From contig CAVYCN010000006.1 of assembly GCA_963767005.1 (NCBI GenBank), positions 64,001 through 128,000 of the forward strand: 64,000 nucleotides of DNA. The letters run 5' to 3'. Every line of letters begins with the position of its first letter. Position 1 is the first letter of the stretch. Below, piece after piece: positions 51,401 to 60,287 of this stretch. Source of the stretch: an uncultured Actinomycetes bacterium (GTDB taxonomy: Bacteria > Actinomycetota > Thermoleophilia > UBA2241). Position numbers and translations under genes: made by a program. The notes under the pieces were generated by a model. It saw only the letters and a list, made by a program, of their open reading frames with translations. It was not told the origin of the DNA and searched no databases.

Positions 51401-52404
51401 AGGTACGCGTCGAGGTGAGCCCGGTAGTAGGCGATGGTCTCGGCCAAGCCGGTCTGCAGGTCGGTGCGCGGCCGCCATCCGGTGACCCGTCGCAGCTCGC
51501 TGTCGTCGGCGACGTAGTCGCCGATGTCGATGCGGCGACGGTCGGCCGGGAACTCCTTGACCACATACCGGCCCTGTCCGGCGAGCGCCACGACCAGGTC
51601 GGCCAGCGCGGCGAGCGTGACCGGGGGATCGAGTCCGCCGACGTTGAGCGCCCTGCCTTCGATCACCGCGGACAGACCGGCCGCGATCAGCGCCTCGACG
51701 GCGTCGTCGACGTAGGTGAAATCGCGCAGCTGCCCGCCGCCCCAGACCTCTATGGCGTCGTCTTCGAGCACGCGCCGTATCCAGATGCCGAGAAAGGTCT
51801 GGCGGGCGTCCTTGACCCTCATACGCGGCCCGTAGGTGTTGGTCAGCCTGAGGGCGCAGGTGCGTAAGCCGTAGGCGGCGTTGTAGACCAGGTGGTAGGA
51901 CTCCCCGGCCGTCTTGTTGATGCCGTTGACGTCTACCGGCCGTACCAGGTGGCGCTCATCGACAGGCAGGTAGTCGGGGCGTCCGTAGATCTGGCGCGTG
52001 CTGGCGAAGACGATCTTGATCTCGGGCGAGCGTTTGCGGCAGGCCTCGAGGATCGACAGCTGGGCCCGCGAGTTGATCTCGAGATCGGTGTAGGGGTCGG
52101 CCATGGAGTCCATGTGGCTGGTCTGGCCGGCAAGGTTGAAGAGATAGTCCTGGCCCTGCACGAGGTAGAGCATGCTCTGCTCGTCGCGGACGTCGGAGAT
52201 GTTCACCTTCACCTGGTCCTCGATGCCGGCGACGTTGGCAAGCAGGCCGCCGTACTCGGGGATGAGGCTGTCGACGATAGTGACGAAGGCTCCCTCGCGG
52301 ACCAGTCTCGCCGCCAGCGTCGAGCCGATGAAGCCCAGCCCGCCGGTGATGAGCACCCGTCGACCGGCGTAGCCGCCCTGGTCGGGGCTCGGGAAGGCGC
52401 TCAC
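51397..52404 (-). CDS. NAD-dependent epimerase/dehydratase
   Basis: ITGGLGFIGS, ASTRQIYG, NGINK, RLTNTYGP. Confidence 0.92.
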   Translation of the reverse strand: MSAFPSPDQGGYAGRRVLITGGLGFIGSTLAARLVREGAFVTIVDSLIPEYGGLLANVAGIEDQVKVNISDVRDEQSMLYLVQGQDYLFNLAGQTSHMDSMADPYTDLEINSRAQLSILEACRKRSPEIKIVFASTRQIYGRPDYLPVDERHLVRPVDVNGINKTAGESYHLVYNAAYGLRTCALRLTNTYGPRMRVKDARQTFLGIWIRRVLEDDAIEVWGGGQLRDFTYVDDAVEALIAAGLSAVIEGRALNVGGLDPPVTLAALADLVVALAGQGRYVVKEFPADRRRIDIGDYVADDSELRRVTGWRPRTDLQTGLAETIAYYRAHLDAYL

Positions 52405-53321
52405 GACTGTGGCCCTCCCGCCTGGAACGTCGCGTCTTCGCGCTCCGGCGGCGGCGAGGCCGCTGCCGGCCTGAACAGGAACCCCCGGTACCCGGCGCGC
52501 TCCGGCGCGCGTCTGACGTATGGTCGCTCCCCCTCGAGGAACTCGCGCTCGAGCGCCAGGCCGGCCGTCGCGGCCGCGCGCAGCAGCTCCTGTCGATTGA
52601 GGAACCAGCCCACATACCGCGTGTCGTACCCGTAGCGGCGCGGGTCCTGCACGACCGGGAAGCTCCGCGCCGCGAACGTGACCGGCGTGCGACCTATGTA
52701 GAGCCAGGGGTCCGCAGCGGTCGCGAGCGACGTCAGCAGGCCGCGCCAGTCCTCAGTGTACTGCAGGGAGCTCATCGCCATGACGAGATCGTAGCGTTCG
52801 ACGAGGCAGTCGTCGCCGCTCGTGAACTCGACCTGCGGAAGGAGCTGGGTCCCCGCGCGGCAGATCGCGGGCAGGTCCCTGCACGTCCAGCGGAGCTCCA
52901 CGTCGGGACGCAGGGCCTGGGCGAAGATGTAGTAGTGGCCAAGGCCGCCACCCCAGTCGAGGACGCGAAGGGGCTGCCGCCCTGCGCGGCCGAGCACGTA
53001 GGCGAACGACATGACCGTGTTGTGCACGGCGAGATCGTCGTTCTCGATCGCCGACGCCTCGTGGTTCACCCCGAGGGCGTTGGCGCCCGAGACGGCCGCA
53101 AGGAAGGCCGGCCACTTGGCGACCTGGGCGCGAGCGATGCTCGAGTCGTCCCAGCCGTCGCGCAACCCGGGTGTCGTCCAGGCGCCGGGCTCATACTGCC
53201 ACTCGCGCCCGCCGAGCAACCCGACGGAACGAGCGGCGTCGAGCGCGGCGTCGGGCACCATGCGCCTGAGCGCGCGGCGCACTCTTGTGAGGGGTGGGGA
53301 CGCCGACAGTTGCGTGCTCAT
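52401..53321 (-). CDS. Class I SAM-dependent methyltransferase (polysaccharide-locus type)
   Basis: VLDWGGGLGHYY, SSLQY, W.LN motifs. Confidence 0.85.
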   Translation of the reverse strand: MSTQLSASPPLTRVRRALRRMVPDAALDAARSVGLLGGREWQYEPGAWTTPGLRDGWDDSSIARAQVAKWPAFLAAVSGANALGVNHEASAIENDDLAVHNTVMSFAYVLGRAGRQPLRVLDWGGGLGHYYIFAQALRPDVELRWTCRDLPAICRAGTQLLPQVEFTSGDDCLVERYDLVMAMSSLQYTEDWRGLLTSLATAADPWLYIGRTPVTFAARSFPVVQDPRRYGYDTRYVGWFLNRQELLRAAATAGLALEREFLEGERPYVRRAPERAGYRGFLFRPAAASPPPEREDATFQAGGPQS

Positions 53322-53422
53322 ATCGGGTCCCGCGCAGGGCGACCCGCGAAGCGGAACGGGGACCCGGGGCGGCTGCCGGCGAACACGTGCGGTCGCGCCG
53401 CGCCTCTGCGCCGGTGAGCTCT

Positions 53423-53461
53423 CATCGCCTGTGATTCTATCAGATAGAATCACAGGCGATG
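53423..53461. promoter_or_regulatory. Perfect 39-bp palindrome forming a symmetric divergent promoter
   Basis: CATCGCCTGTGATTCTATC-A-GATAGAATCACAGGCGATG, with TAGAAT on both strands. Confidence 0.75.
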
Positions 53462-54313
53462 CTCAGGAGCGAATCGCTTGACTGCCGGGGTACGCACGCC
53501 CGCCCGCCCTGCAGACACGTGCTGGGCATGCGTGTCGACAACGTCGAACCACTCCAGGCCCTCGCCCACGTCCTCGACATGTGCGCGCCGACACCCCAAG
53601 GCAAGCGCGGCCGCTACGTGTGCGCCGCGAACGTCCACATGACGATGGAGGCCCACGACGATCGGGCTTTCCGCCGGGTCGTGAGCGAGGCCGACCTCGT
53701 TGTGCCGGACGGTCAGCCGATGGTGTGGGCGCTGCGGGCGCTGGGCTGCTCCCAGAGCCGCCGGGTCCGCATGACCCCCGACTTCCTCGTCGAGCTGCTC
53801 AGCGTCGCGGAGGCTCGTGGTCTGAAGGTCGGCCTCTACGGCGGGACGGGCGAGACGCTGCCCGCGATCGTCCGCCTCCTTAGCGAGGCCTACCCCGACC
53901 TGCGCGTGGTCTACGCGTGGAGCCCGCCCTTTCGTCCGCTCTCTCCGACCGAGGACCGCGACGTCACGGCGGGCATCACCGCCAGCGGCGTCGACCTTCT
54001 GCTCGTCGGCATCGGCTGCCCGAAGCAGGAGCGGTGGATGGCCGCCCACGCCGTCGCCGATACGGCGTCGGGTGCGCCGGGGCTGACGTGCACCATGCTC
54101 GGAGTGGGCGCCGCGTTCGACCTGTTCGCGGGCCTGACGACCGAAGCGCCGCGCTGGATGCAGACGAGCGGCCTCGAGTGGCTCCATCGACTCGCGCGCG
54201 AGCCACGCCGCCTGTGGCGCAGGGACATGCGCGCGAACCCTCGGTTCGTGACGCTGTTCCTGCGCCAGCTTCTCGCGGATGCCCCTCGCCGGAGTGGGCA
54301 CCCCTTGTCGTGA
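53459..54313 (+). CDS. WecB/TagA/CpsF (GT26) glycosyltransferase
   Basis: ANVH, VPDGQP, RMTPD, GIGCPKQE, GVGAAFD, GLEWLHRL..EPRRLW.R. Confidence 0.92.
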   Translation: MLRSESLDCRGTHARPPCRHVLGMRVDNVEPLQALAHVLDMCAPTPQGKRGRYVCAANVHMTMEAHDDRAFRRVVSEADLVVPDGQPMVWALRALGCSQSRRVRMTPDFLVELLSVAEARGLKVGLYGGTGETLPAIVRLLSEAYPDLRVVYAWSPPFRPLSPTEDRDVTAGITASGVDLLLVGIGCPKQERWMAAHAVADTASGAPGLTCTMLGVGAAFDLFAGLTTEAPRWMQTSGLEWLHRLAREPRRLWRRDMRANPRFVTLFLRQLLADAPRRSGHPLS

Positions 54314-55041
54314 CGAGCTGCCGCAGGCGCTCCCTCGAGCACAGGCGGACCCAGACCGTCTCGTCGGTCTACGCGATCGCCGGTCGGTTCTTTCGCGCCA
54401 GGCGGATGAGGCGGTTCATGGACCTCTTCCAGCCCGACGCGGACACGACGGTCCTGGACGTCGGCGGCACGCCGGAGACCTGGCTCGACCAGCCGAACCA
54501 GCCGCGGGTGACCGTGCTCAACCTTGCCCCACCCACGACTCCACTCCCGACGTTCATGTCGTTCGAGACCGGCGACGCGACCCGCCTGGCGTACCGCGAC
54601 GGCGCCTTCGACATCGCCTTCTCGAACTCGGTCATCGAGCACGTCGGCGATTTCGCCGTTCAGCAGAGAATGGCATCGGAGCTGCGCCGGGTCGCCCGCT
54701 CCTATTACCTGCAGACGCCCGCGCGCACGTTCCCGGTCGAGCCCCATTTCCTGGCGCCCTTCGTCCACTGGCTGCCCGCGTCGGTCGGCCGCCGGATCCT
54801 GCGAAACTTCTCTGTCTGGGGGTGGATCACACGGCCGTCCCGGACGGACGTCGATGCTGCAGTGACGTCGATCCGTCTGCTTTCGCTGCGGGAGCTGCGG
54901 GCGCTGTTCCCCGACGCGACCATCCTGCCCGAGCGTGTCTTCGGCGTGACGAAGTCGTGGACGGTCGTCCGAGTCCGCGGCGAACGGGCCTGTCGCCTAC
55001 CTGCTTGCCGAGGCGAACCGCCGGACCGCGAAGCCGGCTAG
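54310..55041 (+). CDS. Class I SAM-dependent methyltransferase
   Basis: VLDVGGT, FDIAFSNSVIEHVG, QTP...FPVEPH. Confidence 0.88.
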   Translation: MTSCRRRSLEHRRTQTVSSVYAIAGRFFRARRMRRFMDLFQPDADTTVLDVGGTPETWLDQPNQPRVTVLNLAPPTTPLPTFMSFETGDATRLAYRDGAFDIAFSNSVIEHVGDFAVQQRMASELRRVARSYYLQTPARTFPVEPHFLAPFVHWLPASVGRRILRNFSVWGWITRPSRTDVDAAVTSIRLLSLRELRALFPDATILPERVFGVTKSWTVVRVRGERACRLPACRGEPPDREAG

Positions 55042-55416
55042 GAGCAGGGCGCCGCCGACGGCAAAGACGACGAGCGGCCGGCCGCCCGTGTAGTCGAGCT
55101 GCAGCGGCGTGGACGAGGGCGTCGGTGTGGTCGTCGTTGCCGCGCTCGGCGTGGGCGTGGGGCCCGACTTGGCCGCGAGCAGGCTGGCGAGGTAGTACTC
55201 GAGCACCGACTGGACGTCGCTGTACTGGGAGTACACCGGGTCAGTCTCGACCGCCGTCAGCGCGGCTCGCACCTCGGCGACCGTGTAGTGGCCGTCGACC
55301 ACGCCGTCCGCTGCGTCCTGGATGATCTGTGTCGTGATCGATCCCCAGGCTAACGGCGCGAACACGGCCGTCAGCACGAGGACGAGGATCGAGACGATGG
55401 CGATGCGCCGCAGCAT
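54997..55416 (-). CDS. Small exported protein with Thr/Pro linker and LPXTG-like (LDYTG) sorting signal
   Basis: Signal peptide, ~50-aa helical domain, PTPTPSAATTTTPTPSST, then LDYTGG, a TM and an RR tail. Confidence 0.75.
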   Translation of the reverse strand: MLRRIAIVSILVLVLTAVFAPLAWGSITTQIIQDAADGVVDGHYTVAEVRAALTAVETDPVYSQYSDVQSVLEYYLASLLAAKSGPTPTPSAATTTTPTPSSTPLQLDYTGGRPLVVFAVGGALLLAGFAVRRFASASR

Positions 55417-55604
55417 GACGGCCTCCGCGAAGCCTGGCTCCAGAGGGCTGCCGAAGAGGACAGTGTCCGCGATTGTACCACCGCAACGGCCGGTCGCGGT
55501 GCCGGCGTGGCCGCGTGTCCCTCCTGGTCTATACTGGCGGCTCGAGCACTCCCGACCCTGATTTCCGCGCGTCGATCGAGCACGGAGGCGACTCGCACAG
55601 GTGC

Positions 55605-57686
55605 ATGACTGAGACCCTGATCCCGAGCTCCCCGACGGCGGTGCCGGCGCGGGCTCGCAGTCACCCGACCCCACGCGTGGTGCGCACCGTCCTTGCCACC
55701 ATCGCACTGCTCGCGACGATCGCCGCCTTCGGCGCGCGGTCCGGCGGCTACATCTTCACGCGTTCGGCGCCGGTCGTGTTCGTCGCCGCCGGTCTCGTGG
55801 TCGCCGGCGTGTGGATCGTGCGCCGGCCCGAGCGGCCCTCGCGGGCTCACGTGATCGGCCTGGCCGCCTTCGCCGCCCTGGTCGTCTGGACCGGCGTGTC
55901 GGTGCTCTGGTCGGTCGGTCCCGACCTGTCGTGGGTGGGCTTCGACGTCGCCGCCTTCTACCTGCTGGTCGCGCTGGTCTGCGGCGTGCTGCCGGGCGGC
56001 GCTCGGCAACTGCGCGCTGCCGCCTACGGCCTCGCCCTCGTGATGACGCTGCTCGCCGGCTACGCGCTGCTCGGCAAGATCGTGCCAGAGGTCGTCACGA
56101 ACGCCCACGAGGTCGCCCGCCTGAGCGGCTCGATCGGCTACTGGAACGTGCTCGCGGCGCTCATCGCCATGACGGTCCCGATCTGTGTCGAGGCGGCGTC
56201 GCGCCCCGCGGCGCCGGCCTGGCTGCGCGGCCTCGTGTCGAGCGCGCTCATCGTGCTGCTCTTCACCTTCTTCTTCACGTTCTCGCGCGGCGGCTTTCTC
56301 GCCCTCGGCGTGGCGCTGCTCGCCTGGTTCGCACTCTCGCCGCGGCGCCTTGCGGGGTTCGCCTCGCTCGCGCTGCCCGCGCTGCTCGTGGCCGCCGTGC
56401 TCTGGCATGTGCGCCACCTTACGACCCTGTTCAACGCCACGAGCGACGACGCCCTGCGCACAGCCCAGGGCCACGCCCTGGCGCGTTGGGTGGTCGTGGC
56501 GGCACTCGTGGCCTTCGCGGCACAGCTGCTGCTCGCCTACTGGCAGCGCCGCCGGCCGCTGCCGCCAAGGGCCGCCCGGGCGCTGGGGGTCGCGCTGCTC
56601 GTCGTGCTCGTAGCCGTACCGATGGCCGGCGGCGCCGTCTACTTCCCGCATCACGGCGGTGTTGTGGCCTGGGCACGCACGCACGCCCACGACGCCCTGT
56701 CGGGGGCCGGACCGAGCAACAGCGCCTCGCGACTCACGTCGCTGGGCAGCAACGGGCGCGGGCCGTGGTACCACGAGGCCTTGCAGGGCTTCGCCGCACA
56801 CCCCGTGACCGGTAGCGGTGCCGGCACGTTCCGTTTCACGAACTACCTGTACCGTCGTCAGCTCTCGGTCGTCATGCACAGCCACAGCGAGTGGCTCAAC
56901 ATGTTGAGCGAGCTCGGGCTCGTCGGCTTCGTCCTGTTCGCGACGGCCGTCGCCGGTCTGCTGGCGGCGGCCTTCGGGCGCCGCCGCGTCGGCCGCTCCG
57001 ACCCGGAGCGCGCGCTGCTCGCCGCCTGCCAAGCCGGCGCGCTCGCCTTCGTCGTGCACATGTCGATCGATTGGGACTGGGACATGGCGGTGATCACGGT
57101 CAGCTTCTTGCTGCTCGCGGGCGCCGCCGCCGGGTACGTGCGGTCGTGCACGGCCGGCGCCACGACGCCCAAGCCGGTCACGGGCCGCGGCGAAGTCGCC
57201 GTAGCGCCGGCGGGGCCCACGCCGCTGCGGGACCCGGCAGGGCGCGTCCCGTTTGGGTCGTTCGACCGGGGGGGCCTAGGGTTGCGCGTGCTGGTCACGG
57301 GGCTCGTGTGCCTCGGCGTCGTCTCGTGGACCTTGCCGTACCTGGCACAGCGTGCCGACCTGCGGGCCGTCGACCAGGCCAGTCGCGGCCGGCTTGCGGC
57401 GGCCGCCGCGTCGGCGCGCCAGGCGAGCCGCTTCGACCCGCTGGCCGTCGATCCGCTCGTGACGCTGGCGCTCGTCCAGGCCGAGCAGCGCCGGCTCGCC
57501 GCCGCCAGGACAACGCTCATACGGGCCGCGCGGCTGCAACCGCGCAACTACCAGCCGTATTACCAGCTCGGCCTGCTCGAGCTGAGCGGCTTCGGCGATC
57601 GGACCGCCGCCGATGAGTGGTTCAGACGCGCCCTGACGCTGGACCCGCTCGACCCCGCCACCAACCGCCAGCTCGGTCTGACGTAG
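55605..57686 (+). CDS. O-antigen ligase-like (Wzy_C) protein with C-terminal TPR-like helices
   Basis: RLSGSIGYWN, TFSRGG, G.GAGTF, HSHSEWLN.LSELG.VG, HMSIDWDW, TPR-like tail. Confidence 0.87.
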   Translation: MTETLIPSSPTAVPARARSHPTPRVVRTVLATIALLATIAAFGARSGGYIFTRSAPVVFVAAGLVVAGVWIVRRPERPSRAHVIGLAAFAALVVWTGVSVLWSVGPDLSWVGFDVAAFYLLVALVCGVLPGGARQLRAAAYGLALVMTLLAGYALLGKIVPEVVTNAHEVARLSGSIGYWNVLAALIAMTVPICVEAASRPAAPAWLRGLVSSALIVLLFTFFFTFSRGGFLALGVALLAWFALSPRRLAGFASLALPALLVAAVLWHVRHLTTLFNATSDDALRTAQGHALARWVVVAALVAFAAQLLLAYWQRRRPLPPRAARALGVALLVVLVAVPMAGGAVYFPHHGGVVAWARTHAHDALSGAGPSNSASRLTSLGSNGRGPWYHEALQGFAAHPVTGSGAGTFRFTNYLYRRQLSVVMHSHSEWLNMLSELGLVGFVLFATAVAGLLAAAFGRRRVGRSDPERALLAACQAGALAFVVHMSIDWDWDMAVITVSFLLLAGAAAGYVRSCTAGATTPKPVTGRGEVAVAPAGPTPLRDPAGRVPFGSFDRGGLGLRVLVTGLVCLGVVSWTLPYLAQRADLRAVDQASRGRLAAAAASARQASRFDPLAVDPLVTLALVQAEQRRLAAARTTLIRAARLQPRNYQPYYQLGLLELSGFGDRTAADEWFRRALTLDPLDPATNRQLGLT

Positions 57687-57806
57687 GCGCTATCGCGACG
57701 GACACCGGCGAGGGGCGGAGCCGGGAGCGAGAGCAGACAGAGCACTTCCGCGCGGTGCTCAGTCGCGAGGAGCCCGCCGTCTTCGGGCGATCGGTCGCTC
57801 GTTGAC

Positions 57807-58337
57807 TCAGCGGTGGGAGTCGTCGATACCGAGGTCCAGGTCGCTCTTGCTCAGAAGCTCCTGGGCCGGCGCGAGCTGCTCGACCGGCACCATGATGCGG
57901 TAGGGCGCTTCGTCTGTCTCGAACAGCCCGAGGACACGGTGGCTGCGCGCCGGCCAGACCTGCACCGCGATGCCGCGGTCGGCGAAGAAGCGACGGAGCG
58001 CCAGGGCGTGCATCTGCAGGCCGCTCCGGGCGACCTCGCGCATCGACTCATCCACCGGGGCGGCGTCGGCTTGCGCCTGCTGCGCAAGACCGGCCGCGGT
58101 CAGGGTGTCGCGCGCCCTGCCCAGGTCGTGCTCGGCGACGCGCACGTGGAACGGGCCCAGCGCCCCGGCAACGACGGTCGGCGCGGCTGCCGGAGCCGGC
58201 CGGCCGCCCGTGTCCACGATCACGTCCTCGGGCCAGAACTCCGAGCAGGGGATGCCGGCCTGCTCGAGGGCTTTGACGATCCGCGTGGCCAGACGGCGGT
58301 CGCCCACGACGACCAGATCGATGTGCTCGTCACTCAT
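57807..58337 (-). CDS. Protein with two tandem DUF2007-like domains
   Basis: LEQAGIP...VRVAEHDLGRARDTL and FADRGIA...IMVPVEQLAPAQELL. GGAGGG RBS. Confidence 0.7.
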   Translation of the reverse strand: MSDEHIDLVVVGDRRLATRIVKALEQAGIPCSEFWPEDVIVDTGGRPAPAAAPTVVAGALGPFHVRVAEHDLGRARDTLTAAGLAQQAQADAAPVDESMREVARSGLQMHALALRRFFADRGIAVQVWPARSHRVLGLFETDEAPYRIMVPVEQLAPAQELLSKSDLDLGIDDSHR

Positions 58338-58454
58338 CTTCCGGCCCTCCTTCGAACCACCCGGCCCAGCGCCCCGCGTGGCGCGGATGACGCCAGACTA
58401 ACGCCGTCGTCCGAGAACGTCGAGAGGGCCGGCGGCCGGTCCGTCGCGGCGACC

Positions 58455-58822
58455 TTACAGTCCCATCAGGTGCAGCCAGTGAGGCAGCACGCCTCCGGTC
58501 AGGTCGACTGAGAAGCCGAGGCCAAGCTGTATCGCCGCCGCCGCGGCCACGAGGATCCGGGCCCAACGCCGCAACGTCCCCGGCAGGGTGACCAGACCGA
58601 AGACCGCCAGGACGGTCACACCGGTCTCGGGGGCGCCCAGACCGAGCAGACCGATCGCGGTGAGCGCGGGCATGACCTGCAGGTGAACGAGCACGAGCAG
58701 CGACCGCCGCCACGCAAGAAGGACGGCCGACAGCACGAACAGCGGGCTCACGGCGACGATCCGCCCCGTCCAGGACGCCGCCCGGCCGAGGCCCACCCAG
58801 ATGTCTCCCGCAAGCGTGTGCG
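58455..58822 (-). pseudogene. 3' remnant of a membrane protein gene truncated by IS3
   Basis: Hydrophobic reading frame runs into the IS3 left end without its own start. Confidence 0.55.
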
Positions 58823-58887
58823 TGGAGTGGACCCCTGAGATCGGCCCAGGTTGAAGTATGGTTTTGGACCGATGAAGGAGGCTCAGC

Positions 58888-59166
58888 ATGCCGCAGAAGC
58901 GCTACCGCCCCGAGGAGATCATCGCCACGCTGCGTAAGGCCGAGGTGCTGCTCGGTGAGGGCAAGAAGGTCCCCGAGGTCACCAAGGCCCTGGGCGTCAC
59001 CGAGGTCACCGACTACCGCTGGCGCCGCGAGAACGGCGGTCTCTCGCTCTCCCAGGCCCGCCACATGAAGGAGCTCGAGCGCGAGAACCTGCGTCTGCGC
59101 CGGGCCGTCTCCGACCTGACCTTGGACAAGCTCATCCTGCAGGAGGCGGCCCGGGGAAACTTCTGA
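58888..59166 (+). CDS. IS3 transposase OrfA
   Basis: KRYRPEEII..LR, YRWRRE.GG, KELERENLRLRRAVSDLTLDK.IL. Confidence 0.92.
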   Translation: MPQKRYRPEEIIATLRKAEVLLGEGKKVPEVTKALGVTEVTDYRWRRENGGLSLSQARHMKELERENLRLRRAVSDLTLDKLILQEAARGNF

Positions 59167-59576
59167 GCCCCTCGCGGCGCCGCAAGTGTGTCGATGCAGT
59201 GTGTGAGGGGCTGCACATCTCGCAACGCCGGGCCTGTCGCGCCTTGGGCCAGGCACGCTCGACGTGAGCGCCACCAGGTCCAGCTGCGCTCCGACGAGGA
59301 CGCCCTGACCGCGGCGATCGTCGCCCTGGCCGGGCACTTCGGCCGTTACGGCTACGAGCGCATCACCGGGCTGCTGCAGACGGCTGGCTGGAGCGTGAAC
59401 CAGAAGCGCGTGCAGCGCATCTGGCGGGCCTCAAGGTGCCCAAGCGCCAGCCGAAGCGGGGCAGGCTGTGGCTTGCCGATGGCTCCTGTATCTGCCTGCG
59501 GCCCGAGCATGCCAACCACGTCTGGGCCTACGACTTCGTGGCTGAGCGCACGCACGACGGCCGGCCCTTGAAGCTT
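59160..59576 (+). pseudogene. IS3 OrfB fragment, frameshifted and truncated
   Basis: SQRRAC..LG..RST, RYGYERI...VNQKRVQRIWR and NHVWAYDF lie in changing frames; the frame ends at DGRPLKL. Confidence 0.88.
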
Positions 59577-59798
59577 GACGAGCTCGGCGGTGCGCGCCGG
59601 GGCAGCACAGCTGCGCACCTCGCCGGTGTCGGCGTCGAGCGCTGCCGCTGCGACCGATCGTGCGTGCACGTCGAGACCGATGAACGTAGGCTCACTCATG
59701 CGGCGCCTCCCCGTAAATGCGGCTCTGCTGCCACCGGCTGTGGCAGCAACCCGCGCCAACTTACGAGGCGGGGCGCCGCGCCGCTACATACGGTCTAA
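59571..59798 (-). mobile_element. IS110-family remnant: left non-coding end plus first ~43 codons of the DEDD transposase
   Basis: ATG 59699 reads MSEPTFIGLDVHARSVAAAALD..TGEV, with GGGAGG RBS. The end reads CATACGGTCTAA on +. Confidence 0.82.
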
Positions 59799-59984
59799 CA
59801 TACAAGGTGGACCGATGAAGGGGGTCTGGCCACCACCACCACCACGGGCCGCTTTGGTGGACGTTGCGATGCGTCGGTGGGCACTCCACCGACTTAATGT
59901 GATACGCGGGAGGACGGACCCGTAGCCGGGTCTCCCCCGTATCGAGTGCGCTATTCTTTCGATGGTGATCGAGGGGGGTGACAG

Positions 59985-60158
59985 ATGGCCGAGTGTTCTA
60001 TTTGCGGTGCGCCGATTGAGGGCGAGGGCAAGAACCCCGACCCGCTCGGCGACGCGTCGAAAGACCGGTGCTGCGACTGGTGTTACGAGCACCTCATCGT
60101 CCCAGCGCAGGAACGCCGCAAGGAGGTCGCGCGGTGGAAGGAGGAACTGAGGGGCTGA
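59985..60158 (+). CDS. 57-aa Cys-rich protein (CSIC...GKNPDP...RCCDWC), absent from the ORF track
   Basis: Hand translation MAECSICGAPIEGEGKNPDPLGDASKDRCCDWCYEHLIVPAQERRKEVARWKEELRG. GAGGGGG RBS. Confidence 0.75.
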   Translation: MAECSICGAPIEGEGKNPDPLGDASKDRCCDWCYEHLIVPAQERRKEVARWKEELRG

Positions 60159-60287
60159 CCGAGACCGAACTCGTGGCGCTCACCGGTCATGGGACGAGAC
60201 GAGGCTGAAGCCAGGACTTCAGCATCAGCCCTGTCGCACTCGCTGCGTGACCGTCGTATCTGCCGCGCTGTGGTACCATCCTACGTC

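Larger units (their letters stand above)
58823..59832 (+). mobile_element. Degenerate IS3-family (IS407-group-like) element
   Basis: IRL TGGAGTGGACCCCTGAGATCGGCCCA and IRR (reverse complement) TGGCCAGACCCCCTTCATCGGTCCA. Contains orfA, slippery GGGGAAAC at 59153 and a broken orfB. Confidence 0.88.

Noticed and set aside
59855-59866. att duplication of the tRNA-Val 3' end (TGGTGGACGTTG)
   Set aside because: Short, gapped match that could arise by chance.
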